Below, in pieces: positions 1 to 10,070 of a DNA stretch of 63,364 nt. Origin of the DNA: Opitutaceae bacterium (GTDB lineage Bacteria; Verrucomicrobiota; Verrucomicrobiia; Opitutales; Opitutaceae). Positions within the stretch are counted from its first letter, which is position 1. Each line of letters opens with the position of its first letter. Under the pieces are notes generated by a model. It did no database searches and was not told the origin of the DNA. It saw only the letters and a program-made list of their open reading frames with translations. The stretch is from positions 1-63,364 of the forward strand of contig JBGTGS010000271.1 of assembly GCA_041746615.1 (NCBI GenBank), in the 5' to 3' direction. Position numbers and translations under genes: made by a program.

Positions 1-2828
1 GTGCTGATCTGGGGCGGAGGGGCCGCGCCGGGGCCGCCTTCGGGGCCCTGCAGGCGGGCATTGCGACTCAGCAGTGAGAGCATGTTCTCAAAAGCCTGCA
101 GGTTGGACGCGCTGCGGAAGAGCCCGGTGCAGATTTGCAGCCGGACGTTGCGGATGAGTTCCTCAAAGTACTTGAAGGCCTCGCCCTTGTATTCAACCAG
201 CGGATCCTTCTGTCCGTAGCTGCGCAGGCCGATGGAGCGCCGGAGATCCTCCATCTCGGTGAGATGCTCCTGCCAGTGATGGTCGATGGCGTTGATTACC
301 ACGTAGCGCTCGAGGGCTCCGAGAGCCTCGGGAACCTCCACCGACTCCTTGACGGCGTAGGCCTTTCGAATGCGTTCCAGAACCGCGGCGGCCAGGGCCT
401 CGACCCCGTCCTTCTTGACCTCGCCCACGAGCAGGCCGATAGGGAAATGGGTGTTGACCCAGCCCACCAGGCTCTCGATCGCCGACTGGGAGGGGCCTTT
501 GCTGTCATCAAAGCCGGCCGCCTCAATGCGTTCCAGCAACTCCTCCTCGATCTGCTCGAAAATGATGTCCTTGGGACGGTCGGAGTGGATGGCACCGTTG
601 CGGATGCCATAGATGACCTCGCGCTGCTTGTTGAGCACGTCGTCATACTGCAGGAGTCGCTTGCGGATGGAGTAATTCTGCTGCTCGACCTTTTTCTGGG
701 CACTCTCGATCGAACGGTTGAGCCACGGATGCTCCAGCTCCTCGCCCTCCTTCATCGAACCTTCCATCAGCTTGGAGGCTAGGTTTCCCTGCAGAAACAG
801 GCGCATGAGGTCATCCTCGAGTGAGAGGAAGAACTTGGTGGAACCGGGATCACCCTGGCGTGAACAGCGTCCGCGGAGCTGCCGGTCAATACGACGCGAC
901 TCATGGCGGCCGGTACCGAGCACGTGGAGGCCGCCGAGTTCGCGCACGCCCTCCCCCAGCTTGATGTCGGTGCCGCGGCCAGCCATGTTGGTGGCGATGG
1001 TGACGGAGCCGCGCAGTCCCGCGCGCGACACGATCTCGGCCTCCTGCTGGTGGTATTTGGCGTTCAGGACCGTGTGGACGATACCGGCGCGCTTGAGCAT
1101 GCGGGAAAGCACCTCGGACGACTCCACGCTCACGGTGCCGACCAGCACCGGCTGGCCCCGCTTGTTGGCCTCCTCGATCTCCCTCACCGCCGCATTGTAC
1201 TTGTCGCGACGGGTCTTGAAAATGGAATCGTTGCGGTCGACGCGGATGCAGGGCTTGTTGGTCGGGATGACCTGGACCGAAAGCCGGTAGATGTCGTTGA
1301 ACTCGGTCGCCTCCGTCTCGGCCGTGCCGGTCATGCCGGCCAGCTTCTCGTACATCCGGAAATAATTCTGGATGGTGATGGTGGCATAGGTGCGGGTCTC
1401 GCGCTCGATGGTGACATTTTCCTTGGCCTCGATGGCCTGGTGGAGCCCGTCGGACCAGCGGCGGCCGGGCATGACGCGGCCGGTGTTTTCGTCCACGATC
1501 ATCACCTTGCCGCCTTGGACGACGTATTCGACGTCGCGTTCGTAGATGGAATAGGCCCGGAGCAACTGCGAGATGGCGTGGATCTCCTCGGAGATCTCGG
1601 CGTAGCGCTTTTGGGATGCCCCTTTCAATTCCTCACGCTTCTCCGGCGTGACCGAACCCTCCTTGTCGAGGTCGGAAAACTCGGTGGCGAGATCGGGCAG
1701 GACGAAGGCATCGGGATTCTCCGGCCGCAGGAGGCGACGACCCATATCGGAGAGATCGGCCTGGTGCTGCTTCTCGTCGATGGAATAGAATATCTCTTCC
1801 TTAAGGCTGTAGAGTTCCGCCTTTTGAAAGTCGGAATTGAGTTCAGTCTCGAGCTTGTCGAGGGCCTTGCGCCACTCGGGATTCTCCATCAGGCGGAGGA
1901 GGAGCTTGTTGCTGGGCTGGCCGATCTTGACCTGGAGCAGCCGGCGGAAGGCCTCCACCCGGTTGTCGGCGCTGGCATCGGCTTTCTCCAGCAGTTCCTT
2001 CGCCTGACTGACGAAGCGGTTGCACAGGCGGGTTTGCTCGCTGACGAGCTTCTCGACTCCGGGTTTGAGGCGGGTAAAGGGCTGCTCGCGCTCGATGGGG
2101 GCGGGGCCGGAGATGATCAGCGGCGTGCGGGCCTCATCCACGAGGATCGAATCGATTTCGTCCACGATGCAGTACCAGTGGTCGCGCTGGACCTGATCCT
2201 CCTTGCGCGTGGCCATGCCGTTGTCGCGCAGGTAGTCGAAGCCGAATTCGCTGGCGGTGCCGTAAGTGATGTCCCGCCCGTACATCTCACGCCGGAGCGA
2301 AGGCGGCATCTGCTGCTGGATGCAACCCACGCTGAGGCCAAGGTAGGTGTAGAGGGTGCCCATCCACTCGGAGTCGCGGCGGGCAAGGTAGTCGTTGACC
2401 GTGACCAGCTGGGCATTGCGGCCGTTGAGCGCATTGAGATAAAGCGGAAGGGTCGAGACCAGGGTCTTGCCCTCGCCAGTGGCCATCTCAGCGATCTTGC
2501 CCTGATGGATCGCGATACCGCCGATGAGCTGCACGTCGAAGTGAACCATGTCCCAGGTCAGCTCATGCTCGCAGACACTGATCTTCCGGCCGCAGAGACG
2601 ACGGGCGGCATTCTTCACCGTGGCAAAGGCCTCGGGCAGGATCTGATCAAGGGTTTCGCCTTGCTTGATACGGGAGCGGAACTCATCGGTCTTGGCCCGC
2701 AACTGCTCGTCTGTGAGGGTCTGGCAGGAGGTTTCCAGCTCGTTGATGCGGGCGACCAGGGGGCGGCACGATTCCAGAAACTTCCGATAATGCCGGCCGG
2801 CGAGGCGTTTGAAGAGGAAAGAGAGCAT
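1..2828 (-). CDS. secA: preprotein translocase ATPase SecA (C-terminal end runs off the left edge of the window)
   Basis: Absent from the supplied ORF track because it has no stop inside the window. My own minus-strand translation from the ATG at 2828 gives [19 protein letters not shown]... It contains the SecA motor motifs ...[17 protein letters not shown]... (around 2465-2520) and [21 protein letters not shown] checked the frame at 2826, 2517, 1197 and 3, and it is consistent. Confidence 0.93.
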   Translation of the reverse strand, partial: MLSFLFKRLAGRHYRKFLESCRPLVARINELETSCQTLTDEQLRAKTDEFRSRIKQGETLDQILPEAFATVKNAARRLCGRKISVCEHELTWDMVHFDVQLIGGIAIHQGKIAEMATGEGKTLVSTLPLYLNALNGRNAQLVTVNDYLARRDSEWMGTLYTYLGLSVGCIQQQMPPSLRREMYGRDITYGTASEFGFDYLRDNGMATRKEDQVQRDHWYCIVDEIDSILVDEARTPLIISGPAPIEREQPFTRLKPGVEKLVSEQTRLCNRFVSQAKELLEKADASADNRVEAFRRLLQVKIGQPSNKLLLRLMENPEWRKALDKLETELNSDFQKAELYSLKEEIFYSIDEKQHQADLSDMGRRLLRPENPDAFVLPDLATEFSDLDKEGSVTPEKREELKGASQKRYAEISEEIHAISQLLRAYSIYERDVEYVVQGGKVMIVDENTGRVMPGRRWSDGLHQAIEAKENVTIERETRTYATITIQNYFRMYEKLAGMTGTAETEATEFNDIYRLSVQVIPTNKPCIRVDRNDSIFKTRRDKYNAAVREIEEANKRGQPVLVGTVSVESSEVLSRMLKRAGIVHTVLNAKYHQQEAEIVSRAGLRGSVTIATNMAGRGTDIKLGEGVRELGGLHVLGTGRHESRRIDRQLRGRCSRQGDPGSTKFFLSLEDDLMRLFLQGNLASKLMEGSMKEGEELEHPWLNRSIESAQKKVEQQNYSIRKRLLQYDDVLNKQREVIYGIRNGAIHSDRPKDIIFEQIEEELLERIEAAGFDDSKGPSQSAIESLVGWVNTHFPIGLLVGEVKKDGVEALAAAVLERIRKAYAVKESVEVPEALGALERYVVINAIDHHWQEHLTEMEDLRRSIGLRSYGQKDPLVEYKGEAFKYFEELIRNVRLQICTGLFRSASNLQAFENMLSLLSRNARLQGPEGGPGAAPPPQIS

Positions 2829-3040
2829 GAAGAGGAGAGAGCGTAGAATGCACCACGATCTTGGCAAATGACAAATATCAGGGCGAAAGGAGCCGTTTAC
2901 CTCGGAGGAATGACGGCTTGCTCCCGGAATTGAAGCAACCGGCGCGCGGGCACATCGGGGCAGTACTGCCCGGAGCCCAGACTACGGCGGGCCGTAATGA
3001 CACGCCAGCTGCCAGGTTGGAGGCCTCCCGCCTGCCGGCG

Positions 3041-3967
<927 letters not shown>

Positions 3968-4078
3968 AGGATGGAGAACGTGTTGGGAAGCACAGACCTT
4001 GGCCAGCAAATCCTAAGCGGTAGGGGTTCCCCCGATCCCATGGCTGCCGCCGATCGGCCTCGGCAATTGCAAATATTT

Positions 4079-5224
4079 TTATTTTCGCTTTCGCAAGGCC
4101 ACCCCGGCCTCGTAGCGCTCGATCCATGTTCGGTGCCAAGGGCCATAGTCCCCGGCTTCAATGCGGGCCCGGGCCTGGGCCATGAGATCGAGGTAGAAAT
4201 GAAGGTTGTGCAGCGTCAGCAGCGTGCCGGCCAGCATCTCCTCCGCCAGCACCAGGTGTCGCAGGTAGGCCCGGGAAAAACGCGTCGTGTAATTATTCAC
4301 GCCTTCCGCGATGGGATTCGGATCGGTCCGAAATTTCTCGTTGCGCAGGTTGAGCGGGCCGTCCGGCGTGAACACGAGCCCATTGCGTGCGACTCGCGAT
4401 GGCAGCACGCAATCGAACATGTCCACGCCGAGCGCAATCATCTTCAACAGCTGCGGAGGGGTTCCCAGCCCCATGGTGTAACGGGGCTTGTCCTCGGGCA
4501 TGAACGGAGTCGTCGCCCCCACTTGCTTGAGCATCTCTGGCTCCGGTTCACCCACACTGACTCCGCCCACGGCGTAGCCGGGAAAGTCGAGGGCGGCCAG
4601 GGACTCCGCCGCCTCGCGCCGCAGATCGTCGAAGGTCGAGCCTTGCACGATCGCAAACACATGGTGTCCTGCCGCGATGAACCCGCTGTCGGTCGCGATT
4701 TCGCGGCATTGCTCCGCCCAGCGAAGGCTGCGGTCCACGGCCCGCCGGCATTCCTCATGGGAACAGGGCCATGGGGGACACTCGTCGATAACCATGGCGA
4801 TGTCGCTGCCGAGGTTGGCCTGGATGGTCATGACCTCGCGCGGCCCCAGAAAAAGCCTGGCCCCGTCCAGATGCGACTGGAAGGCGATGCCGTCGTCGCG
4901 GATGTCACGCAGCTTGGCCAGGGAGAACACCTGGAACCCACCGCTGTCCGTCAGAATCGGCCCATCCCAGCCCATGAACCGGTGCAGCCCCCCGAGGTCG
5001 CGGATTACCTCACTGGTCGGCCTCAGGTTCAGATGGTAGGTGTTTCCCAGAATGATCTGTGCGCCGATCGCGTGCAAATGCTCGGGAGTCAACGCCTTCA
5101 CCGTCCCCTGCGTGCCCACCGGCATGAAGACCGGGGTTTCCACCACCCCATGGCGCGTGGTGAGCCGGCCGCGACGGGCCGCCGTGGCCGTATCGATATT
5201 CAGGAGTTGGAAGTGATCAGTCAT
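4079..5224 (-). CDS. tgt: queuine tRNA-ribosyltransferase
   Basis: ORF 4079..5335. The Tgt-like sequence starts at internal Met 5224 ([45 protein letters not shown]...ILGNTYHL...[11 protein letters not shown]). Confidence 0.92.
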   Translation of the reverse strand: MTDHFQLLNIDTATAARRGRLTTRHGVVETPVFMPVGTQGTVKALTPEHLHAIGAQIILGNTYHLNLRPTSEVIRDLGGLHRFMGWDGPILTDSGGFQVFSLAKLRDIRDDGIAFQSHLDGARLFLGPREVMTIQANLGSDIAMVIDECPPWPCSHEECRRAVDRSLRWAEQCREIATDSGFIAAGHHVFAIVQGSTFDDLRREAAESLAALDFPGYAVGGVSVGEPEPEMLKQVGATTPFMPEDKPRYTMGLGTPPQLLKMIALGVDMFDCVLPSRVARNGLVFTPDGPLNLRNEKFRTDPNPIAEGVNNYTTRFSRAYLRHLVLAEEMLAGTLLTLHNLHFYLDLMAQARARIEAGDYGPWHRTWIERYEAGVALRKRK

Positions 5225-5389
5225 GCGGATCGGTTCCCCATGCCGGATACGTTCATCGAGCAAATGCCGGGCGTAAAGCCCGACCTGCAAGCACCGACCC
5301 CGCACATCCACCATGGCGGATTGCACCCCGGCCATTCCCCCATTGCATTCAGCCTTTCAGCCTCTAAGCCTTACAACCCTTCTCTATCC

Positions 5390-5956
5390 GTGCTGCTGGT
5401 CATCGACAATTTCGACTCCTTCACCTTCAACCTTGTCCAATATTTCGGCCAGTTGGGCGTGGCGCAGCGCGTGTTTCGCAACAACGAGATCACGCCCGCC
5501 GAAGCGGTCGCGCTGAATCCTGACCGCGTGCTGATCTCCCCCGGACCCTGTTCTCCAAGCGAAGCGGGGGTCTCGCTGGAGATGATCGCCGCCTTCGCCG
5601 GCCGCAAGCCGCTATTCGGGGTATGCCTCGGGCACCAGTCCGTCGGCCAGCACTTCGGAGGCCGGATCGTCCGCGCCGAGCGACTGATGCATGGCAAGAC
5701 CTCCCCCATTTTGCATCGTAACACCGACCTTTTCCTTGGCCTGCCCCAGGGCTTCCCTGCCACCCGCTACCACTCGCTGCTGGTTGAGCGGGCAACCCTC
5801 CCCGACTGCCTGGAGATCACCGCGGAGACCGTCGAGGGCGAGATCATGGGCCTGCGCCACCGCTCCCTGCCCGTCTGGGGCGTGCAGTTCCATCCCGAGT
5901 CCATCGCCACCGAGGGTGGAATGCAGATCCTCCGGAATTTTCTGGCCCTTAACTGA
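5390..5956 (+). CDS. trpG: glutamine amidotransferase component II of anthranilate / aminodeoxychorismate synthase
   Basis: This is the 3' part of the long ORF 3431..5956; the rest of that ORF is antisense to uxs and tgt. An in-frame GTG at 5390 gives (M)[18 protein letters not shown]..., with GVCLGHQ (nucleophile Cys) and FHPES. I cannot separate trpG from pabA by sequence alone. Confidence 0.85.
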   Translation: MLLVIDNFDSFTFNLVQYFGQLGVAQRVFRNNEITPAEAVALNPDRVLISPGPCSPSEAGVSLEMIAAFAGRKPLFGVCLGHQSVGQHFGGRIVRAERLMHGKTSPILHRNTDLFLGLPQGFPATRYHSLLVERATLPDCLEITAETVEGEIMGLRHRSLPVWGVQFHPESIATEGGMQILRNFLALN

Positions 5957-5964
5957 CCCGACCC

Positions 5965-6423
5965 ATGCGTTGCCCCAAGTGCACATCGATCGAGGACAAG
6001 GTCATCGATTCCCGCATCAGCAAGGAAGGCAGCTCCATCCGGCGCCGCCGCGAGTGCCTCGAATGCGGCCACCGCTACAGCACGACCGAGCTGCTGGTGC
6101 GCGAGGGCATGGTCGTGATCAAGCGCGACGGCCGCCGCGAGGATTTCGATCGGGAAAAACTCGTGCGTGCGGTGCGCGCAGCCTGTCACAAGCGTCCCGT
6201 CGACGCCGAACAGCTCACCATGCTGGTCGAGGATGTCATCGACATCCTGGAGGCACAGTTTGAGAGCGATATCCCCTCCCGCGCCATCGGCGATGCCGTC
6301 ATGGAACGCCTGCGTCGCATCGACCAGGTGGCCTACGTCCGGTTTGCCAGCATCTACAAGCAGTTCCGCGACGTCGCGGAGTTCATGCACGAGATCAACG
6401 CGCTGGAAAAACCCAAGCAATGA
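5965..6423 (+). CDS. nrdR: transcriptional repressor NrdR
   Basis: MRCPKCTSIEDKVIDSR...RRRRECLECGHRYSTTE zinc ribbon followed by an ATP-cone; 152 aa. Confidence 0.95.
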   Translation: MRCPKCTSIEDKVIDSRISKEGSSIRRRRECLECGHRYSTTELLVREGMVVIKRDGRREDFDREKLVRAVRAACHKRPVDAEQLTMLVEDVIDILEAQFESDIPSRAIGDAVMERLRRIDQVAYVRFASIYKQFRDVAEFMHEINALEKPKQ

Positions 6424-6920
6424 CGTCGCGCGACGAACTGCGCCGCCTCCATCTCATCGACGGACTGTTCGCCCACGTCACGGGGCACGATCTCTATCTT
6501 GCACGCCAGATCAAAGAGGCCATCGCCTTCAGCCTGACCGAGCTTGAGGAACAGACGCGCGAGCACCCGGAGTATGCCGCGAAGTACGATGCCGCCTTCA
6601 ATGCCGCGGCCGCCGATCTCCTGGCCAAGCTCTTCACCCACCTGCCCCGCCACGGCTTCTACCATTGGGATGCGTCCCTCACCCTCGCCTCCGCCACCCC
6701 CCTGTTCACCCGGGCCGAAGTCATGGCGGGATTGAAGCACCTCGCCCGCTATCGCGAGGCCACCCTGCTCGTCACCAATCTGCGACCGGCCCTGATCCCA
6801 CCCAGCCGCCGGGCGACCCCCAGGCGCAAGCGCGAGTATGACGAGGCGCTCTCGTTCATCCACGACCTCGCCGCCGCCCGCACCTCCCACAACGCCCGCC
6901 TGCAACTGCTGTTCCTTTAA
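6420..6920 (+). CDS. hypothetical protein (166 aa, soluble, probably helical)
   Basis: The ATGA stop/start overlap with nrdR indicates translational coupling. I recognise no family. Codon usage looks like the neighbouring genes. Confidence 0.6.
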   Translation: MTSRDELRRLHLIDGLFAHVTGHDLYLARQIKEAIAFSLTELEEQTREHPEYAAKYDAAFNAAAADLLAKLFTHLPRHGFYHWDASLTLASATPLFTRAEVMAGLKHLARYREATLLVTNLRPALIPPSRRATPRRKREYDEALSFIHDLAAARTSHNARLQLLFL

Positions 6921-6998
6921 GAGCAAGTAGAGGATAGTGAGTGGCGAGCATTCCGTGATCGCGGGTGGTGCTGCCCAAACTCGTTCTCATTCTCGTAA

Positions 6999-7037
6999 TC
7001 GTTCCTCGTTCTCAATTCTGACCGAGAACGAGAACGA
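6999..7037 (+). terminator. strong hairpin downstream of the nrdR-coupled ORF (possible terminator, no clean U-tract)
   Basis: tcgttcctcgttctc (6999-7013) pairs with gagaacgagaacga (7024-7037), giving a 14-bp stem with one bulged C and a 10-nt loop. Only gggttt follows the stem. Confidence 0.35.
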
Positions 7038-7153
7038 CATCAGGGTTTGAGCAACCCCTGGAGGACGACCGTCAGGGTTGAACCCTTGAACTCGCGCTGC
7101 CGGCTCCCATGCTTGCGGCCCGCTACTCATTACCTGCTACCCACTCCTTTCCC

Positions 7154-7492
7154 ATGAAGACGATCTTCCAGAAAATCATCGACCGCGAAATCCCCGCGGC
7201 CGTCGAACACGAAGACGAGCACTGCATCGTCATCCACGACATCGAACCCCAGGCTCCGGTGCACCTCCTGATCGTGCCCAAGCGCGTGATCCCACGGGTA
7301 GGCGAGGCAACCAAAGCCGATGAAGCCGTGCTCGGCCACCTCCTGCTCACGGCGGGCACGGTTGCGAAAAAGCTCGGCCTGCCCCGCGGATTCCGCCTGG
7401 TGATCAACCACGGGCCCGACGCCTGCGAAAGCGTCCCTCATCTCCACGTCCATCTGCTCGGCAATCGGCAGATGACTTGGCCGCCGGGTTGA
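7154..7492 (+). CDS. HIT-family (histidine triad) nucleotide hydrolase
   Basis: ORF 7109..7492. The typical N-terminus MKTIFQKIIDREIPA starts at 7154. Histidine triad HLHVHLL lies near the C-terminus. Confidence 0.9.
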   Translation: MKTIFQKIIDREIPAAVEHEDEHCIVIHDIEPQAPVHLLIVPKRVIPRVGEATKADEAVLGHLLLTAGTVAKKLGLPRGFRLVINHGPDACESVPHLHVHLLGNRQMTWPPG

Positions 7493-7612
7493 AGGGATGC
7501 ATTTACGTGACTTACATAGGTTAAAGTCGATAGTATCTGGATCTTATGATTTGCAAAGCTATGATTATCAGCATTCAAATCATAAAATGATGGCATCATT
7601 GAAAATCAGGAG

Positions 7613-7641
7613 TTGAAATCCGGATTTTCAAGGACATTAAT
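7613..7641 (+). promoter_or_regulatory. sigma70-like promoter candidate TTGAAA-N17-ATTAAT directly upstream of the ATPase GTG start
   Basis: TTGAAA 7613-7618, 17-nt spacer, ATTAAT 7636-7641. The GTG start at 7648 lies 6 nt after the -10 element, which implies a leaderless or near-leaderless mRNA. This is a consensus match only. Confidence 0.35.
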
Positions 7642-7647
7642 AGCGGA

Positions 7648-8826
7648 GTGAGCATTCTAGATCGAAAGGCCGCCCTTGATCGGGTGAGCAAAGCGTTCGA
7701 GATTCACCCGGCGGTCGCGATTGAAGGTCCGCGCCAATGCGGCAAGACCACGCTGTCCCGGATCATTGCGCAGGACAAACCGGCCGTCACTTTCTTTGAT
7801 CTGGAAAGCCTCGCCGATCAGCAGCGACTCGCCACCCCGGAGCAAACCTTGGGCAAATTGCGCGGCTTCGTGGTGATCGACGAGGTGCAACGCATGCCGG
7901 AACTGTACCCCACGCTCCGGGTGTTGATCGACCGGCCCGGCAACCCCGCGCGCTTTCTCCTATTGGGCAGCGCCTCACCGGTAATCGTCCGCGGGGTGTC
8001 CGAATCGCTGGCCGGGCGCGTGGCCATTGTCGATCTGGGCGGTTTCGACCTACGTGAAACCGGTGTCGAAGCCATCGACCGGCTGTGGATGCGCGGCGGA
8101 TTTCCCCGTTCGTATCTGGCGACCTCGGACGAACAATCCGCCGAATGGCGGTCCTATTTCCTAAGAACGTTTTTGGAGCGCGACCTGCCACAGCTCGGAA
8201 TCACCACCCCGGCTGCGACCCTGCGGCGCTTCTGGACCATGGTGGCGCACTACCATGGTCAGACGTGGAATGCCGCGGAATTTGCCCGCTCGCTTGGTGC
8301 CGATGAAAAGACTGCGCGCCGTTACCTCGATCTGCTCCATGGTGCCTTCATGGTGCGCATTCTGCCGGCATGGTTTGAAAACCTCGGCAAGCGTCAGGTC
8401 AAGGCGCCTAAAATCTACGTGCGCGACTCCGGCCTGCTGCACGCCCTTCACGGCATCGCGGATGAAGGGCAACTCGCCGGACATCCCAAACTGGGTGCCT
8501 CCTGGGAGGGGTTCCTCATCGAACAGATCGTCACGTGTCTAGACACCCGGGATGCCTATTGCTGGGGCACGCACGCCGGGGCGGAGCTCGACCTGATGGT
8601 GATGTGGGGAGGCAAGCGCTACGGATTCGAGGTGAAATATGCGGACGCCCCCGGAGCCACCAAGTCCATGCACGTGGCCCTCGCCGACCTCGGTCTGACG
8701 CACCTTTGGGTCGTCTATCCCGGAGAACAGCGCTACGACCTGACGGAAAAAATCACGGTCGTGCCGGCACGGGAAATTCCGGCTCTGGTCGCGGGTCTGA
8801 AGTCTGGGACGATATTGCGCGAATAA
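7648..8826 (+). CDS. AAA+ ATPase with DUF4143-type C-terminal domain (COG1373-like)
   Basis: 392 aa with a GTG start. Walker A is GPRQCGKTT (7726-7752) and Walker B is VVIDEVQ. The C-terminal ELD-x12-EVK (8590-8637) resembles a PD-(D/E)xK nuclease core. Confidence 0.85.
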   Translation: MSILDRKAALDRVSKAFEIHPAVAIEGPRQCGKTTLSRIIAQDKPAVTFFDLESLADQQRLATPEQTLGKLRGFVVIDEVQRMPELYPTLRVLIDRPGNPARFLLLGSASPVIVRGVSESLAGRVAIVDLGGFDLRETGVEAIDRLWMRGGFPRSYLATSDEQSAEWRSYFLRTFLERDLPQLGITTPAATLRRFWTMVAHYHGQTWNAAEFARSLGADEKTARRYLDLLHGAFMVRILPAWFENLGKRQVKAPKIYVRDSGLLHALHGIADEGQLAGHPKLGASWEGFLIEQIVTCLDTRDAYCWGTHAGAELDLMVMWGGKRYGFEVKYADAPGATKSMHVALADLGLTHLWVVYPGEQRYDLTEKITVVPAREIPALVAGLKSGTILRE

Positions 8827-8886
8827 AGTCTAACGGCAAAGCAACCCACGGATTGCATGGGTACGTGGATGCATAATGAAGGCGAA

Positions 8887-10023
8887 TCATCCCCGCGCCT
8901 CGAACGTGCCATCGGCACGCTTGGCCACGCGGCGCTTGAGTTCCAACATCATCAGGGTCGATGAGATCACGGCGGGCTTCAGGCCGGACTGCTCAGCCAA
9001 TGCGTCCAGTGTCAGCAGGGCCCCACCCGCAAAACAGGCCAATACCAGCTGCTCGTCGGTGGTGAGTTCACCCACCGGGGTTCCCGCTGTTCCGCCCGTC
9101 TTTTCCGGGATGGGCTGAGGCCGCAGGCCGTCCAGATAGTTCAGCTCATTGAGCACATCGTCCACGCTGGTCAGCAAGGTGGCGCCGTCCCGGATAAGCT
9201 GGTGACAACCCGCGCTCGACGGCTGGTCGATCCGCCCCGGTACTGCGAAGAGCAACCGTCCCTGTTCGCCGGCGAAGCGGGCTGTGATCATCGACCCGCC
9301 ACTGACATCCGTCTCCACCACGATGACGCCTTCGCAGATGCCCGCCACGATGCGATTGCGCATCGCGAAGGACTGACGGTCCGCCCGGCGCCCAAAGGGA
9401 AATTCCGACAGGATAGCACCGGTCTCCTCAATCCTCCGATAAAGCGCCAGGTTCTCGGGCGGATAGATCAGGTCGATGCCCGTGCCCAGCACGGCGGCGG
9501 TTTTCCCGCCGACCGACAATGCACCTTCGTGCGCCGCCGTGTCGATCCCGCGCGCCAGACCGCTGACAACACAGAAGCCCAAATGGGCGAGGCCCGCCCC
9601 GAGCTTTTGGGCCACGGACTGGCCGTAGAGGGTCGTCCGTCGGCTGCCTACAATGGCGATGCAAGGGGCTTCGAATCCGTAACCGCCCTTACGATACAAC
9701 CCGATGGGAGGGTCGCTGATCTCACGCAGCAGCCGGGGATAGGCCGCATCGCGCGGGGTGATGAATGTGGTCTTCGCCTGGGTCAGTCGTCGCTCCTCCT
9801 TCTCCAGATCGAAGTGGTCCTGCCACGCGTTGATGGTCGCACTGATCACCGGCCCCACCCCGCGGACTTGCTCCATCCGCTTCGCCCCGGCCGTGAAAAC
9901 AGCCCGGGGATCACCTCCGAGCTCGGCCAGCAGGCGATTAAGGGTGATCGGCCCGATATTGGGCAGCGCGTTAAGAACCAGAAACGCCTGGGATTCGGAC
10001 AGCTCAGTGGACATGGTTGCCAA
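8887..10023 (-). CDS. dprA: DNA processing protein DprA (Smf)
   Basis: ...IAIVGSRRTTLYG...VVSGLARGIDTAAHEGAL...GKTAAVLGTGIDLIYPPEN...SEFPFG...NRIVAG... An alternative start lies at 10014. Confidence 0.92.
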   Translation of the reverse strand: MATMSTELSESQAFLVLNALPNIGPITLNRLLAELGGDPRAVFTAGAKRMEQVRGVGPVISATINAWQDHFDLEKEERRLTQAKTTFITPRDAAYPRLLREISDPPIGLYRKGGYGFEAPCIAIVGSRRTTLYGQSVAQKLGAGLAHLGFCVVSGLARGIDTAAHEGALSVGGKTAAVLGTGIDLIYPPENLALYRRIEETGAILSEFPFGRRADRQSFAMRNRIVAGICEGVIVVETDVSGGSMITARFAGEQGRLLFAVPGRIDQPSSAGCHQLIRDGATLLTSVDDVLNELNYLDGLRPQPIPEKTGGTAGTPVGELTTDEQLVLACFAGGALLTLDALAEQSGLKPAVISSTLMMLELKRRVAKRADGTFEARG

Positions 10024-10070
10024 ACAACTGCATCAATCGGAGTGGCCTGAGTCCATGAATAAAGCGGATT

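Noticed and set aside
903-2846. 647-aa plus-strand ORF (together with 135..782 and 718..1290) covering the left end of the window.
   Set aside because: It is antisense to a clear secA reading frame. Its composition (Gly/Ala/Leu/Asp/Arg/Val-rich with no motifs) is typical of shadow ORFs in high-GC DNA.
2955-2968. Palindromes gggcagtactgccc (2955-2968) and ggaggcctcc (3021-3030) in the uxs-secA spacer, considered as a terminator or operator.
   Set aside because: They are short, have no adjacent U-tract on either strand, and are common by chance in GC-rich intergenic DNA. I leave them as unassigned hairpins.
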